64,000 nucleotides of DNA from a candidate division WWE3 bacterium RIFCSPHIGHO2_01_FULL_42_13. Lineage in GTDB: Bacteria > Patescibacteriota > WWE3 > UBA101185 > UBA10185. The stretch is from contig MEVA01000006.1 of the NCBI GenBank assembly GCA_001772625.1, positions 27,839 through 91,838 on the forward strand. Direction: 5' to 3'. A program made the position numbers and the translations under genes. Shown here in pieces: positions 61,555-64,000 of the stretch. The notes under the pieces were generated by a model that made no database searches, was not told where the DNA came from, and worked only from the letters and a program-made list of their open reading frames with translations. Position 1 is the first letter of the stretch, and each line of letters starts with the position of its first letter.

Positions 61555-61642
61555 GAGGTTAGTATAGCGAATGGTTGAAGTGTTCGGAAGTGTTTCGCGC
61601 CCAACACGAGGTTTGCGCTATAATACTCAGGTACAAAAGCCT

Positions 61643-64000
61643 ATGAGAAGAGTCAATCACTTCAACTCGAAATTCACCGTAAACACCGCAAAAGCAAGGC
61701 GGCACTTCGTCAAAGCCAAAAAATTAGTTTTAGCCGCCCGAACCGACAGAAAGAAAATGTTGCTCCTGCTTACCTACCTTTCGTCTTTTGCCTTGGGTGC
61801 TGTACTTGTAGGAATTGTTTTAACATTTATAGTTCTTGCAATCTTTTCCCGGGATCTTCCAAATCCAAACCGGCTACTAACCCGCGGTGAAGAACTTTCC
61901 ACCAAACTTTTGGACAGAAACGGGCAGCCAATTTATGAAGTTTACGGTGAAAAAAACCGGAGCCTTATTGAGCTAAAAGATATTTCACCACACCTTGTGC
62001 ACGCAACGTTAGCGGTTGAAGATTCAAATTTTTATCTTCACAGGGGAGTTTCTCTTCGTGGCATGGTTCGCGCTTTATGGAACACTTTTACCGGCCAGGG
62101 CTTGCAGGGAGGTTCAACACTAACTCAACAGGTTGTGAAAAACGCGCTTCTTACTCAAGATCGAACTGTTACCCGAAAATTAAAAGAGCTTGTTTTATCT
62201 TTACAGCTTGAAGGCCGCTACAAAAAAGATGAAATTTTGCAGATGTACCTAAACGAAACCCCGTACGGCGGGCAAAGTTATGGCGCGCTCACTGCTTCCA
62301 AAGCCTATTTTAATAAAAATCCTTCTGAACTAAGCACAGCCGAGGGCGCATTTTTGGCAGGACTTCCCCAAAGCCCCACCAAATATTCGCCGTACAGTTC
62401 CGACCCTGCGGTTGGGCTTGAAAGAAAGAATTACGTTTTATATTTGATGAACGAGCGCGGTTGGACAGACAATGATGGAAAACGACACTACCTAAGCGAC
62501 GAAGAATACCAGGCCGCGCTTGCTGAAGACCTTAAGTTTGAGCCGGCAGCAGTTTCATTTAAAGCCCCGCACTTTGTGTTTTTCGTAAAAGAAGAACTGG
62601 CAAAAAGATATGGTGAAGAATTTGTTGAACAAGCGGGCTTGCAAGTTACCACAACCCTCGACTTAGAACTTCAGGAATCATTGCAACAAATCGTAAAAGA
62701 AGAAGTTGAAGATGCGGCGTCGGTGAATGTTAATAATGGTGCAGCCGTTGCCATTGACCCACAAACTGGCCAAATTTTAGCAATGGTGGGTTCAAAAGAT
62801 TATTTTGCGGATTCATACCCCGAAGGCTGTATTTCAGGAATTACAGGTGAAAACAGCTGTCTTTTTGAGCCAAATCTAAACGTAACGGTGGCAAAGCGCC
62901 AGCCAGGTTCGTCTATAAAGCCTATTACCTACGCCACAATGCTTTCTCAAGGTTATACTGCCGCCTACCCGTTTTTAGACGTCCCAACCATTTTTAGAGG
63001 TGCTGACGGCGGAAAAGATTACGTACCCGCAAACTACGATGGACAGTTTAGAGGGCCAATGTCGCTTCGAAAATCTTTAGGCAACTCGTTAAACATTCCG
63101 GCGGTTAAGGCTGTGTCAATTGTGGGTGTTGATCAAATGATTAAAACCGCGCAAAAACTTGGAATCACCACTTTTGATAACCCACAAAGATATGGACCGG
63201 CAATTACTTTAGGTGGTGGCGAAACTAAACTTTTGGAAATGACAGGTGCGTTTGCAACTTTTGGCGCGGGCGGAGTTTACAGACAGCCAAATCCGATCCT
63301 GGAAGTAAAAGATGCAAACGGAACTATTTTGTACAGTTGGCGGGACACTGGTGGTGAAAGAGCCGTGAGTGAAGAAGTAGCATTTTTAATTTCTGATATC
63401 TTATCTGATGATGGCGCCAGATCTGATGTTTTTGGTGCTGGAAGTTTGCTGTACATTGGAGGCCAAGATGTAGCGGTTAAGACTGGTACTACAGATGATA
63501 AGCGTGATAACTACGCCTTAGGTTTTACAAAAGAAATGGCGGTTGGTGTGTGGGTTGGGAATAATAATAATGATCCGATGTACGCAGTTGCTTCAGGTGT
63601 TTCCGGCGCAACGCCTATTTGGCGAAGAGCTATGCTCGATGCCATAAAAGATAAAAAGCCAAACGATTTTGTCGCACCCGAAGATGTCAAAAAATTTGAA
63701 GTAGACTCTCTAACCGGAATGCTTCCGTACGAAGATTTCGACAAAAAAAATGAATGGTTTATTGTTGGAACCGAACCTACCTCCGTTAGTGACTGGTACC
63801 AGACCTTGGAAGTTTGCAAGGCCGACGGCAAAATTGCTAACAAAGCCTGTAAAGACGCTGAGGATACTGAAGAGAATAACTACATTGGAATTCAGGCCGA
63901 AATGCTTGAATGGCAAACCGATGTTGATGCGTGGGTTAGCGAAAATTTCAGCGGTAAGGATGAGTATTTCCCTCCGATGATGGAATCTGGTCTTGAGTAT
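61643..64000 (+). CDS. Class A penicillin-binding protein (PBP1A-type transglycosylase/transpeptidase), 3' end outside window
   Basis: Hand translation stays open to the window end. GT51 motifs: AVEDSNFYLHRG, GGSTLTQQ, RKLKE. Transpeptidase motifs: SSIK, SLN, KTGTT. Not in the ORF track because there is no stop in the window. Confidence 0.95.
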   Translation, partial: MRRVNHFNSKFTVNTAKARRHFVKAKKLVLAARTDRKKMLLLLTYLSSFALGAVLVGIVLTFIVLAIFSRDLPNPNRLLTRGEELSTKLLDRNGQPIYEVYGEKNRSLIELKDISPHLVHATLAVEDSNFYLHRGVSLRGMVRALWNTFTGQGLQGGSTLTQQVVKNALLTQDRTVTRKLKELVLSLQLEGRYKKDEILQMYLNETPYGGQSYGALTASKAYFNKNPSELSTAEGAFLAGLPQSPTKYSPYSSDPAVGLERKNYVLYLMNERGWTDNDGKRHYLSDEEYQAALAEDLKFEPAAVSFKAPHFVFFVKEELAKRYGEEFVEQAGLQVTTTLDLELQESLQQIVKEEVEDAASVNVNNGAAVAIDPQTGQILAMVGSKDYFADSYPEGCISGITGENSCLFEPNLNVTVAKRQPGSSIKPITYATMLSQGYTAAYPFLDVPTIFRGADGGKDYVPANYDGQFRGPMSLRKSLGNSLNIPAVKAVSIVGVDQMIKTAQKLGITTFDNPQRYGPAITLGGGETKLLEMTGAFATFGAGGVYRQPNPILEVKDANGTILYSWRDTGGERAVSEEVAFLISDILSDDGARSDVFGAGSLLYIGGQDVAVKTGTTDDKRDNYALGFTKEMAVGVWVGNNNNDPMYAVASGVSGATPIWRRAMLDAIKDKKPNDFVAPEDVKKFEVDSLTGMLPYEDFDKKNEWFIVGTEPTSVSDWYQTLEVCKADGKIANKACKDAEDTEENNYIGIQAEMLEWQTDVDAWVSENFSGKDEYFPPMMESGLEY

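Noticed and set aside
1-64000. Looked for CRISPR arrays, rRNA genes, transposases and IS inverted repeats, reverse transcriptase with TR/VR pairs (DGR), and toxin-antitoxin pairs.
   Set aside because: By eye I saw no regularly spaced direct repeats, no rRNA signatures, no transposase or RT motifs in any listed ORF, and no obvious small two-gene TA cassette. An exhaustive repeat search was not possible without tools.

Overview
This is a gene-dense, low-G+C bacterial chromosome segment. Its content looks like a Patescibacteria/CPR-type genome: a type IV pilus locus with no secretin, degenerate lipid and lipoprotein genes, shortened housekeeping proteins, and many membrane-anchored hypotheticals. 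That assignment is inference only.

Housekeeping genes recognised from the translations:
- dnaB (3' fragment), efp, an RluA-family pseudouridine synthase, yebC, a Xer-type tyrosine recombinase, rnhB, gyrA, gyrB, ppaC and holB.
- The operon trmD / KH protein / rpsP / rnc / ACP-like / nusB / rpmF / rsmD.
- recG, tyrS and a class A PBP that runs off the 3' edge.
- tRNA-Leu(CAA) on the plus strand, and a minus-strand tRNA-Val(CAC) / tRNA-Gly(GCC) operon.

The dominant block (about 25.8-45.5 kb) is a type IV pilus locus. It runs pilB-pilT-pilC-pilin ... pilD ... Cys-rich secreted protein, PilX-like protein, six prepilin-like genes, pilM-pilN-pilO.

The most interesting feature sits between the pilin gene and pilD. 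It is a four-gene minus-strand RiPP cluster of the thiazole/oxazole-modified microcin (TOMM/LAP) type: a SagB-type dehydrogenase, a YcaO cyclodehydratase, a 50-codon Gly/Ser/Cys/Lys-rich precursor, and an HExxH protease. The precursor (31548-31700) is absent from the supplied ORF track. No separate E1-like partner protein is present.

Other observations:
- A recurrent extended -10 element (TGnTAnnAT) lies 6-10 nt upstream of many start codons, implying leaderless mRNAs. A set of visibly G+C-richer orphan genes and the RiPP operon carry strong Shine-Dalgarno sites instead.
- Two ORF-free, G+C-rich candidate structured RNAs (16.7-17.0 kb and 57.6-57.8 kb).
- A 0.77-kb ORF-free region next to the recombinase gene.
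- An ACP homolog that lacks the phosphopantetheine serine.
- Degenerate Lgt-like and LspA-like genes.

No CRISPR array, rRNA or transposase was seen.
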